A stretch of 64,000 nucleotides of DNA from a virus (IMGVR_UViG_3300014838_000014:32001-96000); one strand, 5' to 3'; positions 1 through 8,828 are shown, counted from the first letter of the stretch. Notes: a model not told the origin generated them from the letters alone. Translations and numbers: made by a program.

Positions 1-2
1 CC

Positions 3-206
3 GTTCGTGAGAATGAGCAACTCTGGTCAACACCGATGAATCGTTGGATTCCAATCGGTGTTCATCCCATGATGCTCATTTCAATCACCGACGAGTTCTA
101 TTCTTGGTTGACCCCGGAGTGGTTGTTCCACGCGCGCGTGGATGACATGGCGACCAACAATCGTCGGGAGCGAGAGCTGCGGGTTGTTCCACGCGCGCGT
201 GGATGA
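3..206 (+). CDS. Partial (5'-truncated) MKPGDLIEW-family small protein, copy 1; C-terminus encoded by CRISPR repeat-spacer-repeat
   Basis: Manual translation: VRENEQLWSTPMNRWIPIGVHPMMLISITDEFYSWLTPEWLFHARVDDMATNNRRERELRVVPRARG*; stop TGA (204-206) lies inside repeat 2. Confidence 0.85.
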   Translation, partial: VRENEQLWSTPMNRWIPIGVHPMMLISITDEFYSWLTPEWLFHARVDDMATNNRRERELRVVPRARG

Positions 207-335
207 CATGATGATCGGCTCGCGCATAGCTCACGGGAATGAGGTTGTTCCACACGCGCGTGGATGACGTGGATTGCCTGTCGTCATTTCGCCGGACAAC
301 AACAAATTGTTCCGCGCGAGTGCGTGGATGACGTT
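121..335 (+). CRISPR. Type I-E-like CRISPR mini-array: 4 repeats, 3 spacers
   Basis: Repeats 121-149 and 182-210 identical (GGTTGTTCCACGCGCGCGTGGATGACATG); 243-271 has 2 mismatches; ~305-335 degenerate. Spacers 150-181, 211-242, 272-~304 (32-33 nt) are unrelated; 61-nt period; hairpin TCCACG-CGCG-CGTGGA. Confidence 0.9.
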
Positions 336-350
336 ACAGTAATTACGTTT

Positions 351-379
351 GTGTAACTTGCGTCTGATTTGTGTAGTAT
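351..379 (+). promoter_or_regulatory. Sigma70-like promoter (GTGTAA-N17-TAGTAT)
   Basis: Same -35/-10 pattern recurs upstream of many operon heads. Confidence 0.55.
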
Positions 380-394
380 TTGAAATGAAAGAGG

Positions 395-1384
395 ATGTGT
401 GTAATGCGAACCGTGTTTTTGCTTCGTGGTCTTCCTGCTAGTTCTAAATCGACGTTTGCGGCAGATCTTTGTAAAAAGGAACCATGTCGATTTGCTCGCA
501 TCAACAGAGATGATTTAAGGAGCATGGTCGTTGGTTACGGCAACGACCCTCATTCGTTGGGTCGATCTGGTGAGGATCTCATCAGGAACTTCAAGGACGA
601 ACTCATTCGTCAGTCGTTCCGTGAGGGTTACGATGTCATCCTTGATGATACGCATCTCGTGCCACAAACGGTGAAGAAGCTTCATAAGTTGTTTGCATCG
701 ATCGGTGACGTCAAGGTCATTGAAAAGGTGTTTAACGTTGACGTTGAGGAGTGCATCGTTCGTGATTCGAAACGCACTGGATTCGCTCACATCGGTGAGA
801 AGATCATTCGTGATATGGCTCGTGGTGCAGGTCTCGATAAAAAGGGTAGGAAACTAGTTGATCGTGAAGTTTACTACGCTCCACGTTGGTCTCCAGGCGG
901 TGCAGGTGCAGATCCTGAGAGCATGTTGCAGGACGTTAGTCTACCAAAAGCAATCATCTGCGATCTTGATGGCACGTTGTCGTTGTTGAACGGCAGATCG
1001 CCTTACGATGCTTCGACGTGTGATAATGATCTACCCAACGTACCCGTGATTGAGTGCGTTAAAGCGATGGCCCTTCAGGGTTATAAGACGCTGTTTACGA
1101 GTGGCCGTGAGAATAAGTTTCGTGAACCAACGATCAAATTCATTGAACAACACTGTAACATCATCAATGATGCAACAAACGAGTTAAAAACTATAGATTA
1201 TGACCTGTTCATGCGTGCTACAGGCGATCAACGTAAGGATTCGATCGTGAAGAGCGAGTTGTTCGATGCAAACGTTGTTGGTAAATACAACGTGGTGTTT
1301 GTGTTGGATGACAGAAATCAAGTCGTCGATTTTTGGAGACGAATTGGGTTAACGGTGTTTCAAGTCGCTGAAGGGAATTTTTAA
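395..1384 (+). CDS. pseT: Polynucleotide 5'-kinase/3'-phosphatase (T4 PseT-like)
   Basis: N-terminal P-loop GLPASSKST with RINRDDLR; C-terminal HAD DLDGT...DDRNQVV. Confidence 0.9.
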   Translation: MCVMRTVFLLRGLPASSKSTFAADLCKKEPCRFARINRDDLRSMVVGYGNDPHSLGRSGEDLIRNFKDELIRQSFREGYDVILDDTHLVPQTVKKLHKLFASIGDVKVIEKVFNVDVEECIVRDSKRTGFAHIGEKIIRDMARGAGLDKKGRKLVDREVYYAPRWSPGGAGADPESMLQDVSLPKAIICDLDGTLSLLNGRSPYDASTCDNDLPNVPVIECVKAMALQGYKTLFTSGRENKFREPTIKFIEQHCNIINDATNELKTIDYDLFMRATGDQRKDSIVKSELFDANVVGKYNVVFVLDDRNQVVDFWRRIGLTVFQVAEGNF

Positions 1385-1387
1385 TTC

Positions 1388-1573
1388 ATGTGCGTTCGTG
1401 TCAATTGTTCTAAGTGTACCAAGCCTACGTTTAAAGGTTGTGGTAAGCACGTTGATGAAGTGTTGCGAGACGTACCCGTTACAGAACGGTGCGAGTGCAA
1501 CGTACGCTCGAACGGTGATAATTCTATAATCGATGTTTCGTTTGATTTTCCTGAGCAATTAAATGAATCTTGA
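1388..1573 (+). CDS. Small Cys-rich putative zinc-binding protein
   Basis: CxxC, GCGKHV and CxC motifs; tightly packed in operon. Confidence 0.6.
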   Translation: MCVRVNCSKCTKPTFKGCGKHVDEVLRDVPVTERCECNVRSNGDNSIIDVSFDFPEQLNES

Positions 1574-2369
1574 TACCAAGAAGTTTCCTCGTACTCAACA
1601 CATTGAAGGATCACGTTTGCAACACGGTGACGGTGATATGAAGGTTATACCTTGGAGTGATCTGAAACGTAGGCCTCTCGTTGTTTCAGAGAAGCTCGAC
1701 GGCGCGAACGTTGGAATCAGCTTCAGCGATCAAGGTGACCTTCTTTTACAGTCTCGTGGCCATTACTTACGCGGTGGACCACGCGAGAAGCAGTTTGATA
1801 TATTCAAACAATTGGCGAACGATAACGTTGATGTGTTGTTCGATGCATTGTGTTCACGGTACATTTTATATGGTGAATGGATGTATGCTTGTCACTCCAT
1901 TTATTATGATGATCTACCGTGTTACTTTCATGCGTTTGATGTGTATGATAAGGAACGTGATGCATTTTTAAGCACGGCACGCAGAGATGGGTTGCTTTAC
2001 GATGTGTATAAAACGTTCATCACGTTTGCACCGGTTTTAGCGTACCAAAGAACGTTCAATGACATCAACGATTTGCTTGCGTTGCTTGGAAACTGTGGGT
2101 ATTTTACCAATGAACGCACGTCGAACTACCTCATAACCGCCCATGATTCAGGATTTCTTCGTAAAGATGGTGAAAACAATGAGATTCAAGAAGCGCTGTC
2201 GTGCCGTGATTGGAGCCCATTGATGGAGGGTCTGTACGTCAAGTTGGAGGATGATGAACGAGTGTTGGGCCGTTGTAAGTACGTCAGATCATCATTTACG
2301 AACACGATCGCTGGAAATGAAATACACTGGTTCGATAGACAGATCGTACAGAACAAACTAAGGAACTAA
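1563..2369 (+). CDS. RNA ligase family protein
   Basis: KFPRTQH, nucleotidyltransferase motif I EKLDGAN, YGEW, FDVYD, EGLYVK. Confidence 0.85.
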   Translation: MNLDTKKFPRTQHIEGSRLQHGDGDMKVIPWSDLKRRPLVVSEKLDGANVGISFSDQGDLLLQSRGHYLRGGPREKQFDIFKQLANDNVDVLFDALCSRYILYGEWMYACHSIYYDDLPCYFHAFDVYDKERDAFLSTARRDGLLYDVYKTFITFAPVLAYQRTFNDINDLLALLGNCGYFTNERTSNYLITAHDSGFLRKDGENNEIQEALSCRDWSPLMEGLYVKLEDDERVLGRCKYVRSSFTNTIAGNEIHWFDRQIVQNKLRN

Positions 2370-2378
2370 GGGTACAAA

Positions 2379-2975
2379 ATGTCTGACAATGCTATGTGTT
2401 CAATGTGCTTCGAGTCTGGTCACTCCAACGTTGATTGCAAGGAGAACTTCGAACGCCTTGCGATGGTTGGTTCGATCGCTGCGATGATCGCTTCAAGGCT
2501 AAACTTCGTTCTGCCTGAGTGTAACAGCGCTAAACGAGGAGGTAAACCCACATCAACGATCAAGGTTGAACAGTACAAAGAGAAGTTTAAGTTTGTTGTT
2601 GTCTACTGCGAACTAGCAAATGCACACCTCGTTGATAACGCATGGATCGATCATCATGGCCCATCTTGCGTTGCTCCTCCATCAGATTTCGTGCGCAAGT
2701 GCCTTCACAACGATGCGTTTCACTACCGCAGGTGTTACCTTGACATGGTCAAACTCGTTCCTGATATGAAGCGAAGGATCGTTCATCGCGCAGACTTTAC
2801 TGAATTGTTATTTGACACCGTTGAACAACTAGACGCGTACCTTGCTTGTTTCAATGATTTAGGAAAGGCAGCTCTAATTCGTTCGTACAATGGAATAGAA
2901 ACGTTCAATGAACTATCGAACTTCTTACACGTAGTTTATTCGACTAACGAATTTCATGGTGCACGTCTGGTGTAA
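2379..2975 (+). CDS. Hypothetical protein
   Basis: 198-aa ORF in operon; N-terminal CxxCxxxGHxxxxC zinc-knuckle-like motif. Confidence 0.6.
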   Translation: MSDNAMCSMCFESGHSNVDCKENFERLAMVGSIAAMIASRLNFVLPECNSAKRGGKPTSTIKVEQYKEKFKFVVVYCELANAHLVDNAWIDHHGPSCVAPPSDFVRKCLHNDAFHYRRCYLDMVKLVPDMKRRIVHRADFTELLFDTVEQLDAYLACFNDLGKAALIRSYNGIETFNELSNFLHVVYSTNEFHGARLV

Positions 2976-2998
2976 AGCAACGTTTTATGGTGTAATAT
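2970..2998 (+). promoter_or_regulatory. Sigma70-like promoter (GTGTAA-N17-TAATAT), probably leaderless transcript
   Basis: ATG at 3005 is only 6 nt after the -10 hexamer. Confidence 0.6.
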
Positions 2999-3004
2999 CG
3001 TTTC

Positions 3005-3817
3005 ATGTCAACGTACGCATGGTTTACAGATTCGCACCTCGATCACCTTAAGGACGACGCTTCAAGGTTGATTGCGTTTGGTCAATCGCTTGTGAAGGAT
3101 AACCCGACGGGAATCTTTTGTAGCGGTGATTTAACCGTTTCGAGGAAGCTAATTTATCATCTATCGGCGCTGGAACGCATAACGCAGAGACCGTTTTACT
3201 TCGTGCTTGGAAACCATGATTACTATGGTGGTCAGATCGAATCTGTTCGGCAGGGAATGCGCTATCTTTCCACGTCAAGCCAACACCTGCGGTACATGCC
3301 AACGACGCCATACGTCTCGTTGAGTTCGAACACAGCATTGATCGGTCACGATTGTTGGTACGATGCGATGTACGGCGATTGGAAGACGAGCAATTGTTAC
3401 ATGAACGACTGGACTGAAATCGTTGACTTTCAGCTCGTCAACGGTGCGAAATCGACGATCGTTGCAAGGGCTCGCGAGCTCGCTCACGCAGGCGTCGAGC
3501 ACATTCAGAATGGTATCAAGGGCGCCGTGAAGTATCACAAATCGATCATCGTATTGACGCATTACGTGCCGTTTGAAGCGGCGCACACCTTCGAGGGAAA
3601 ATTAGCCGATAAATCATACGCTCCGTTCTATACGTGCAAGATGTTGGGTGATATGTTGATCGATGCAGCGAAGGCATATCCAAACGTTAACTTCAACGTT
3701 CTCTGTGGCCACACACATTCATCGTGGAACGGTAAAATCACCGCGAACCTAGAGTGTCACGTAGGAGGCACGCAATACAACGATCCGATCGTAAACGGAC
3801 TCATTGAGGTCGCTTGA
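3005..3817 (+). CDS. Calcineurin-like metallophosphoesterase
   Basis: DSH, GDL, GNHD, TH, GHTH motifs. Confidence 0.9.
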   Translation: MSTYAWFTDSHLDHLKDDASRLIAFGQSLVKDNPTGIFCSGDLTVSRKLIYHLSALERITQRPFYFVLGNHDYYGGQIESVRQGMRYLSTSSQHLRYMPTTPYVSLSSNTALIGHDCWYDAMYGDWKTSNCYMNDWTEIVDFQLVNGAKSTIVARARELAHAGVEHIQNGIKGAVKYHKSIIVLTHYVPFEAAHTFEGKLADKSYAPFYTCKMLGDMLIDAAKAYPNVNFNVLCGHTHSSWNGKITANLECHVGGTQYNDPIVNGLIEVA

Positions 3818-4087
3818 TTGTTTCCAGGTGATTTGATCGAATGGGTGTATGAAGATGATTTTCAACCTATTCGTGATGATGATTACCTTTTTTCAACGCC
3901 GATGAATCGATTCATCGGCGTTGGAAGTGATTATGGTCCTTATATTCTAATTTCAGTCACGCGTGAATTTTATTCATGGCTGACACCATGTGGATTGTTT
4001 CTTGCGCGTTTGGACGATGCAGTTCTGTACACAGAACAATGGACTGAAAAAAAAGTCCTGCCACGTGCCATCGAGAAATTTCAATGA
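3818..4087 (+). CDS. MKPGDLIEW-family protein, copy 2 (diverged; repeats eroded)
   Basis: MFPGDLIEWVY...GLFLARLDDA-11aa-VLPRA; relic repeats at 3993 and 4054 keep the 61-nt period. Confidence 0.8.
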   Translation: MFPGDLIEWVYEDDFQPIRDDDYLFSTPMNRFIGVGSDYGPYILISVTREFYSWLTPCGLFLARLDDAVLYTEQWTEKKVLPRAIEKFQ

Positions 4088-4347
4088 AACCCGGTGACCT
4101 CATCGAGTGGGTGTATAAATCTGATCCTCAACCCGTCGATGAGGATGTCGAACTCTGGTCAACGCCGATGCAACGTTGGATTCCCATCGGTATTCACCCC
4201 GCCGTCCTCATCTCGATCACCGATGAGTTCTACACGTGGTTGACGCTTGAGGGGTTGTTCCACGCGCGCGTGGATGACACGAGGATCTGGCCACGCAGGA
4301 CTCTGTCTCCCTTGGTTGTTCCACGCGTCGTTGGAGAACATCTATGA
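4084..4347 (+). CDS. MKPGDLIEW-family protein, copy 3
   Basis: Paralog; ATGA overlap with neighbours. Confidence 0.85.
   Translation: MKPGDLIEWVYKSDPQPVDEDVELWSTPMQRWIPIGIHPAVLISITDEFYTWLTLEGLFHARVDDTRIWPRRTLSPLVVPRVVGEHL
4253..4342 (+). CRISPR. Repeat-spacer-degenerate repeat unit inside copy 3
   Basis: Consensus repeat 4253-4281, 32-nt spacer AGGATCTGGCCACGCAGGACTCTGTCTCCCTT (4282-4313), degenerate repeat 4314-4342. Confidence 0.8.
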
Positions 4348-4613
4348 AACCCGGTGATCTCATCGAACGGGTGTATGAAGTTAATCCTCAACCCGTTAAA
4401 GAGAATGAGAAGCTTTGGTCGACACCGATGAGTTGCTGGGTTCCAATTGGTATTCAACCGGCCGTCCTCATCTCGATCACCGATGAGTTCTATGTGTGGC
4501 TGAACACAAAGGGTCTATTCAACGCACGCATAAAAGACACTGCTTTCAGATCGTTGGATAGGATGCCATGGGGAGGTTGTTCAATGCGTGCGTTAATGAT
4601 GAGTTTAACATAG
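4344..4613 (+). CDS. MKPGDLIEW-family protein, copy 4
   Basis: Paralog; degenerate repeats at 4513 and 4575; 33-nt spacer shifts the tail frame (GCSM...). Confidence 0.8.
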   Translation: MKPGDLIERVYEVNPQPVKENEKLWSTPMSCWVPIGIQPAVLISITDEFYVWLNTKGLFNARIKDTAFRSLDRMPWGGCSMRALMMSLT

Positions 4614-4629
4614 GTGTTGATCCGGTTCA

Positions 4630-4980
4630 ATGAAGTGTAAAGCGTTTCAATTCCATTGTATGATCAATGTCATGAAGAGAAGAGCACGTAAGTTCACGAA
4701 GACGCAGCTTGTCAATCCGGTACCCGTCAGTGACATCACTGACATCGATGAATTGCAACGTCGTTTCACGACTGCTTCGTTGCTCAAGCGAAACGCGACG
4801 ACGAGAAAAGGGTTCCTCGAGGACGCGATGCACCGTCACTGTGCTCAGGCATGGGATGCAAAGAAGAAGCAACGAATGGTTCGACGTTATGTTGCGTCTG
4901 ATAACGTGATCATGCAGAATTCCACGCTCATCGATGAACTGCAACACCGCCTACAGGAGATCAAGGGTTCATTAAAGTGA
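4630..4980 (+). CDS. Hypothetical basic protein
   Basis: ORF overlapping the methyltransferase start (GTGA). Confidence 0.5.
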   Translation: MKCKAFQFHCMINVMKRRARKFTKTQLVNPVPVSDITDIDELQRRFTTASLLKRNATTRKGFLEDAMHRHCAQAWDAKKKQRMVRRYVASDNVIMQNSTLIDELQHRLQEIKGSLK

Positions 4981-5774
4981 ATGTTGTTTGGCATTCACCG
5001 GCGATGGACGTGTTGTCATCCTTCGACGATGAAGTGATCGATCTTGTGTACATAGATCCTCCGTTTGGCACGGGATCGTGCCAGCGTATGAATCGCCGGA
5101 AGAACGGCGAGATCATTTCGGAGATGTCGTATAGTGATACCGTAACTGGGTACATCGACGTCCTGAGGGCCCACGTAGGTGAACTAATGAGGATTCTCAA
5201 GCCGACGGGTATGTTGTACCTGCACCTCGATCGACACAACGTTCACCGTGCAAAGGTGATGTGCGATGACCTAATCGGCGAACAGAACTTCATCAACGAG
5301 ATCATCTGGAGCTACAACTTCGGCGGTCGAGGCAAGGATCGCTTCGCGCCGAAGCACGACAATATCTTAGCATACGCAAAGGATGCAAATCAACACATCT
5401 TCAACCTCGACGAGGTCGATAGGATTCCTTACGTTGCGCCTGAGATGCAGTACGTTGGAAGAGAACGCGACGAGGCAGAGAAGCGGATTGCGCTCGGTCA
5501 GGTTCCGACTGACGTGTGGGACATTCCGATCATTGGGACGGCATCAAAGGAGCGCACAGGATATCCAACGCAAAAACCGCTGAAGCTTGCTTCGAGGATC
5601 ATCACCGCTTCATCACCGAAAGGAGGGATCGTTCTTGATTGCTTTGCAGGGTCAGGAACGACCGGTGCAGCAGCACATAAGAACGATAGGCAATTCGTTC
5701 TTGTCGACGATAACAAGCAGTCGATCGACGTGATGAAGAAGAGGTTCGAAGGAATCGAGGTGGAATGGCTATGA
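4977..5774 (+). CDS. DNA amino-methyltransferase (N6-A/N4-C, beta class)
   Basis: DPPF catalytic motif, YPTQKP, DCFAGSGTT SAM-binding motif. Confidence 0.92.
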   Translation: MNVVWHSPAMDVLSSFDDEVIDLVYIDPPFGTGSCQRMNRRKNGEIISEMSYSDTVTGYIDVLRAHVGELMRILKPTGMLYLHLDRHNVHRAKVMCDDLIGEQNFINEIIWSYNFGGRGKDRFAPKHDNILAYAKDANQHIFNLDEVDRIPYVAPEMQYVGRERDEAEKRIALGQVPTDVWDIPIIGTASKERTGYPTQKPLKLASRIITASSPKGGIVLDCFAGSGTTGAAAHKNDRQFVLVDDNKQSIDVMKKRFEGIEVEWL

Positions 5775-6262
5775 TCGGAAACATCGCCGTCTTTCCAGGA
5801 TCGTTTGATCCAGTGACGTACGGTCACATTGACGTAGTTTCTCGTGCCATGTCAATGTTCGATTACGTTTTTGTCATGGTCGGTAGGAACACAAACAAAA
5901 GCTACCTCTTCAACGATGCAGAACGCGGCGGAATGTTATTGAGTTGTTTGGCATATGCTTCAAACGTTCGTATCAGCGTGTTCGATGGATTGGTTGTCGA
6001 TTTTTGTCGTAGCGTCGGTGCTAAAACGATAGTTCGTGGTGTTAGGAATTCGAACGACGTTGAGTTTGAGATGCGAGCGTCGTACGTAAACAACGACGTT
6101 GCGTCCATAGACACGGTGTTCTTTCCAACTCGATCAACGTTGGCGTACGTTTCATCGTCGATGGTAAAGGAGCTAGCCTGGCACGGGGTCGACGTTAGCG
6201 GTTACGTACCACCGGTTGTGAACGAAGCGATCAAACTGGCCTATAAGAAAAAGCATGATTGA
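5771..6262 (+). CDS. coaD: Phosphopantetheine adenylyltransferase
   Basis: AVFPGSFDPVTYGH, IVRGVR, VSSSMVKELA. Confidence 0.9.
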   Translation: MIGNIAVFPGSFDPVTYGHIDVVSRAMSMFDYVFVMVGRNTNKSYLFNDAERGGMLLSCLAYASNVRISVFDGLVVDFCRSVGAKTIVRGVRNSNDVEFEMRASYVNNDVASIDTVFFPTRSTLAYVSSSMVKELAWHGVDVSGYVPPVVNEAIKLAYKKKHD

Positions 6263-6722
6263 CAAAGCGGCCGAGGTCGGTGGCATCTTTTCGTTGCTTG
6301 TCTTCGTTCACTTCATCGCTGATTGGGTTTTTCAATCGCACGACTCAGCAATCAGAAAATCAAAGGATACATGCGTTCGAGCGGTACATTGTTGTGTTTA
6401 CGTGGCGTTCTTCATCGTTCCAATTGGTTACTATTACTACGTTCGATCAACGTTACCATTGTATTACTCAAGAACGTTGTTGTTGTCATTGGTGACGCTG
6501 TTATGGGTGAGTCACTTCATCATCGACTCGTATGTTATAACGTTGCTTTGGGCTAAGCACATCAGGAAGTCCATTGCGTTCAATGCTGGCATCACAGATG
6601 AACAAGCGTTTGCTTATATGTTTAGCACGCCTGTTGGTGCAATACTCAACATCACGATCGATCAGTTACAACACGTTGCCGTTCTAATCGTTGTCGCGGT
6701 TGCGTTGGTGTTCTTTCAATGA
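6255..6722 (+). CDS. DUF3307-like membrane protein
   Basis: HFIADWVFQ, H, HFIID, DQLQH motifs on hydrophobic helices. Confidence 0.75.
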   Translation: MIDKAAEVGGIFSLLVFVHFIADWVFQSHDSAIRKSKDTCVRAVHCCVYVAFFIVPIGYYYYVRSTLPLYYSRTLLLSLVTLLWVSHFIIDSYVITLLWAKHIRKSIAFNAGITDEQAFAYMFSTPVGAILNITIDQLQHVAVLIVVAVALVFFQ

Positions 6723-6982
6723 AACCCGGTGACCTCATTGAATGGGTGTATAAATCTGATTCTCAATCAGTTAATAAGCATGAGGAACTTTGGTCGACAC
6801 CGCTGCGTCGCTGGGTTCCAATTGGTATTCAACCTGCGATCCTCGTTTCGATCACCGATGAGTTTTATTCTTGGTTGACAACAAGAGGGTTATTCCATGC
6901 ACATGTTCTCGACGTCGATGCAAGTCCACGCTTCGGTCGCGGGCCAGCTGTCGTTCCACGCGTTATCGGAGAACATCGATGA
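6719..6982 (+). CDS. MKPGDLIEW-family protein, copy 5
   Basis: Paralog; repeats 6888-6916 (degenerate) and 6949-6977; 32-nt spacer 6917-6948. Confidence 0.85.
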   Translation: MKPGDLIEWVYKSDSQSVNKHEELWSTPLRRWVPIGIQPAILVSITDEFYSWLTTRGLFHAHVLDVDASPRFGRGPAVVPRVIGEHR

Positions 6983-7233
6983 AACCAGGTGATTTGATCG
7001 AGTGGGTGTATCAATATAATTCTCAACCCGTTGATGAGAATGCCCAACTTTGGTCAACGTCGATGCAACGTTATATTCCAATTGGTGTTCAACCCGCCGT
7101 TCTCATTTCAATCACCGACGAGTTCTACATGTGGTTGACCCAGAAGGGGTTGCTCCACGTGCATGTGGATGACGCGAAGGCTCCAATGAGATATCGAATT
7201 ACCTCGTTGGTTGTTCCACGCGTTGTAGGATAA
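6979..7233 (+). CDS. MKPGDLIEW-family protein, copy 6
   Basis: Paralog; start refined to ATG 6979. Confidence 0.85.
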   Translation: MKPGDLIEWVYQYNSQPVDENAQLWSTSMQRYIPIGVQPAVLISITDEFYMWLTQKGLLHVHVDDAKAPMRYRITSLVVPRVVG

Positions 7234-7237
7234 CATT
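7148..7237 (+). CRISPR. Repeat-spacer-degenerate repeat unit inside copy 6
   Basis: Repeat GGTTGCTCCACGTGCATGTGGATGACGCG (stem TCCAC/GTGGA retained), 32-nt spacer 7177-7208, repeat 7209-7237. Confidence 0.7.
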
Positions 7238-7238
7238 G

Positions 7239-7493
7239 ATGAAACCAGGTGATTTGATTGAATGGGTGTATTCTAATTCTCAACCCGTTCTCGAAGATGA
7301 GAAGCTTTGGTCGACGCCGATGAATCGCTGGGTTCAAATCGGTGTTCACCCAATGATGCTCATTTCGATGACAGACGAATTATACGTGTGGTTGACACCT
7401 GATGGGTTGTTCAACGCACGTGTGGCTGACACCGGTGGCGTCATAGCTGGCGAGTATGGTGTTTTTCCACGCGTCGTCGGAGAACATCGATGA
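7239..7493 (+). CDS. MKPGDLIEW-family protein, copy 7
   Basis: Paralog; repeats at 7405 and 7460; 26-nt spacer (6 nt shorter, frame kept). Confidence 0.85.
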   Translation: MKPGDLIEWVYSNSQPVLEDEKLWSTPMNRWVQIGVHPMMLISMTDELYVWLTPDGLFNARVADTGGVIAGEYGVFPRVVGEHR

Positions 7494-7756
7494 AACCCGG
7501 TGACCTCATTGAATGTGTATATAAATCTGATTCTCAACCCGTTAATGAAGATGAGAAACTCTGGTCAACGCCGATGCAACGTTGGATTCCAATCGGTGTT
7601 CACCCTATGATGTTTATTTCGATGACAGACGAATTCTACACGTGGCTGACACCTGAGGGGTTGTTTCATGCGTGCGTGGATGATACAAGGAGTATGCGAA
7701 GGAAATACTGGGAGCACGTGGTTGTTAAACGAATGCATTGTTTTGTGCATCATTGA
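7490..7756 (+). CDS. MKPGDLIEW-family protein, copy 8
   Basis: Paralog; repeat 7659-7687, 32-nt spacer 7688-7719, eroded repeat from 7720. Confidence 0.85.
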   Translation: MKPGDLIECVYKSDSQPVNEDEKLWSTPMQRWIPIGVHPMMFISMTDEFYTWLTPEGLFHACVDDTRSMRRKYWEHVVVKRMHCFVHH

Positions 7757-7874
7757 TGCGAGTGCGTTTTGGTTGTTTTACAATTCAATGGTAGATGTTG
7801 GTCGATGATCTGTGTAAACCGTTGACGATTTCGCGATGTTGTAGATCCGCAAGTGCATGTCACCTATTTAACAC

Positions 7875-8828
7875 GTGACGTATGTATCACCAAAGGCACT
7901 AAAACGTGGAGACAACGTAGCGATCATTGCACCCGCTTCTCCGTTCAAATCAGATGAACTGGTCGCGGGGTTGGACATCGTCAGGGAGTGTGGATTGGAA
8001 CCTGTCTTGGGTCCCAACGTTCGTCGTCTAAGGACGATCGATATTCACGCCGCTCCGCTGATGGAACGCGTTGAGGAGCTGATGTGGGCGTACACCGACC
8101 CATCGATCTCAGGCGTCATTACGGTCACGGGTGGAATGGGTTGCGGTGAAACGTTGCCGTACCTTGACTTCGGTGCGATAAGAAGGTCGCGTCGAGTGTT
8201 GCTGGGAATAAGCGACATAACGGCGTTGAACAATGGAATTCTTTCGGGAGCTGAGTTGATCACTATCAACGGTCAATATCCATCGATTCGCGTCGATAAG
8301 GGCGATTCAGTGCGAGAGGCCGACAGCGAATCGCTTAGGACGGTGCTCGATCTCATGATGAGCGGCAAGACATGGCACGACGAGCCGTTCCGTATGAACC
8401 AACAGCTACCACGAACGGTGTCACCAGGTCGGGCCAGTGGGCACGTGATCGGTGGCAACCTCGACACGTTTTGCACGTTGATCGGAACGCCGTTCCTTCC
8501 AAGGCTGGACGGTGCAGTTCTATTTATCGAAGACGTATATAAACAAGGTGAAGCGATCGCGAGGTTATTAATACATTGTAAGCTTGCTGGAGTGTTTGAT
8601 AGAATAGCCGGCATCGTCGTTGGAGAGTTCATTGATGTACCAAAGAAGGAAGAAGCTAGAGAACCTTCGATTGACGACGTAATTCAACAATACCTTTCCA
8701 ATGGTCCGCCTTGTTCGTTTGGGTATAGCTTCAGTCATGGTGACATCACGATTCCAATTCCGATCGGTTCTCAGTGTGAGATGGACGCAGACACAGGAGA
8801 AGTTTCGTTCGATTTTTCAATGTTGTAA
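7875..8828 (+). CDS. ldcA: LD-carboxypeptidase (peptidase S66)
   Basis: PKALKRGDNVAIIAPAS, GISDIT (Ser), GGNL, LFIED (Glu), FSHG (His). Confidence 0.9.
   Translation: MTYVSPKALKRGDNVAIIAPASPFKSDELVAGLDIVRECGLEPVLGPNVRRLRTIDIHAAPLMERVEELMWAYTDPSISGVITVTGGMGCGETLPYLDFGAIRRSRRVLLGISDITALNNGILSGAELITINGQYPSIRVDKGDSVREADSESLRTVLDLMMSGKTWHDEPFRMNQQLPRTVSPGRASGHVIGGNLDTFCTLIGTPFLPRLDGAVLFIEDVYKQGEAIARLLIHCKLAGVFDRIAGIVVGEFIDVPKKEEAREPSIDDVIQQYLSNGPPCSFGYSFSHGDITIPIPIGSQCEMDADTGEVSFDFSML

Noticed and set aside
4084-4347. The small repeated protein as Cas2 or another Cas protein
   Set aside because: Size is similar, but I recognise no Cas2 or Cas6 motifs; no cas gene is identifiable in the window.
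3818-7756. MKPGDLIEW repeats as diversity-generating retroelement TR/VR pairs
   Set aside because: Variable segments are wholly unrelated rather than adenine-specific variants, and there is no reverse transcriptase in the window.
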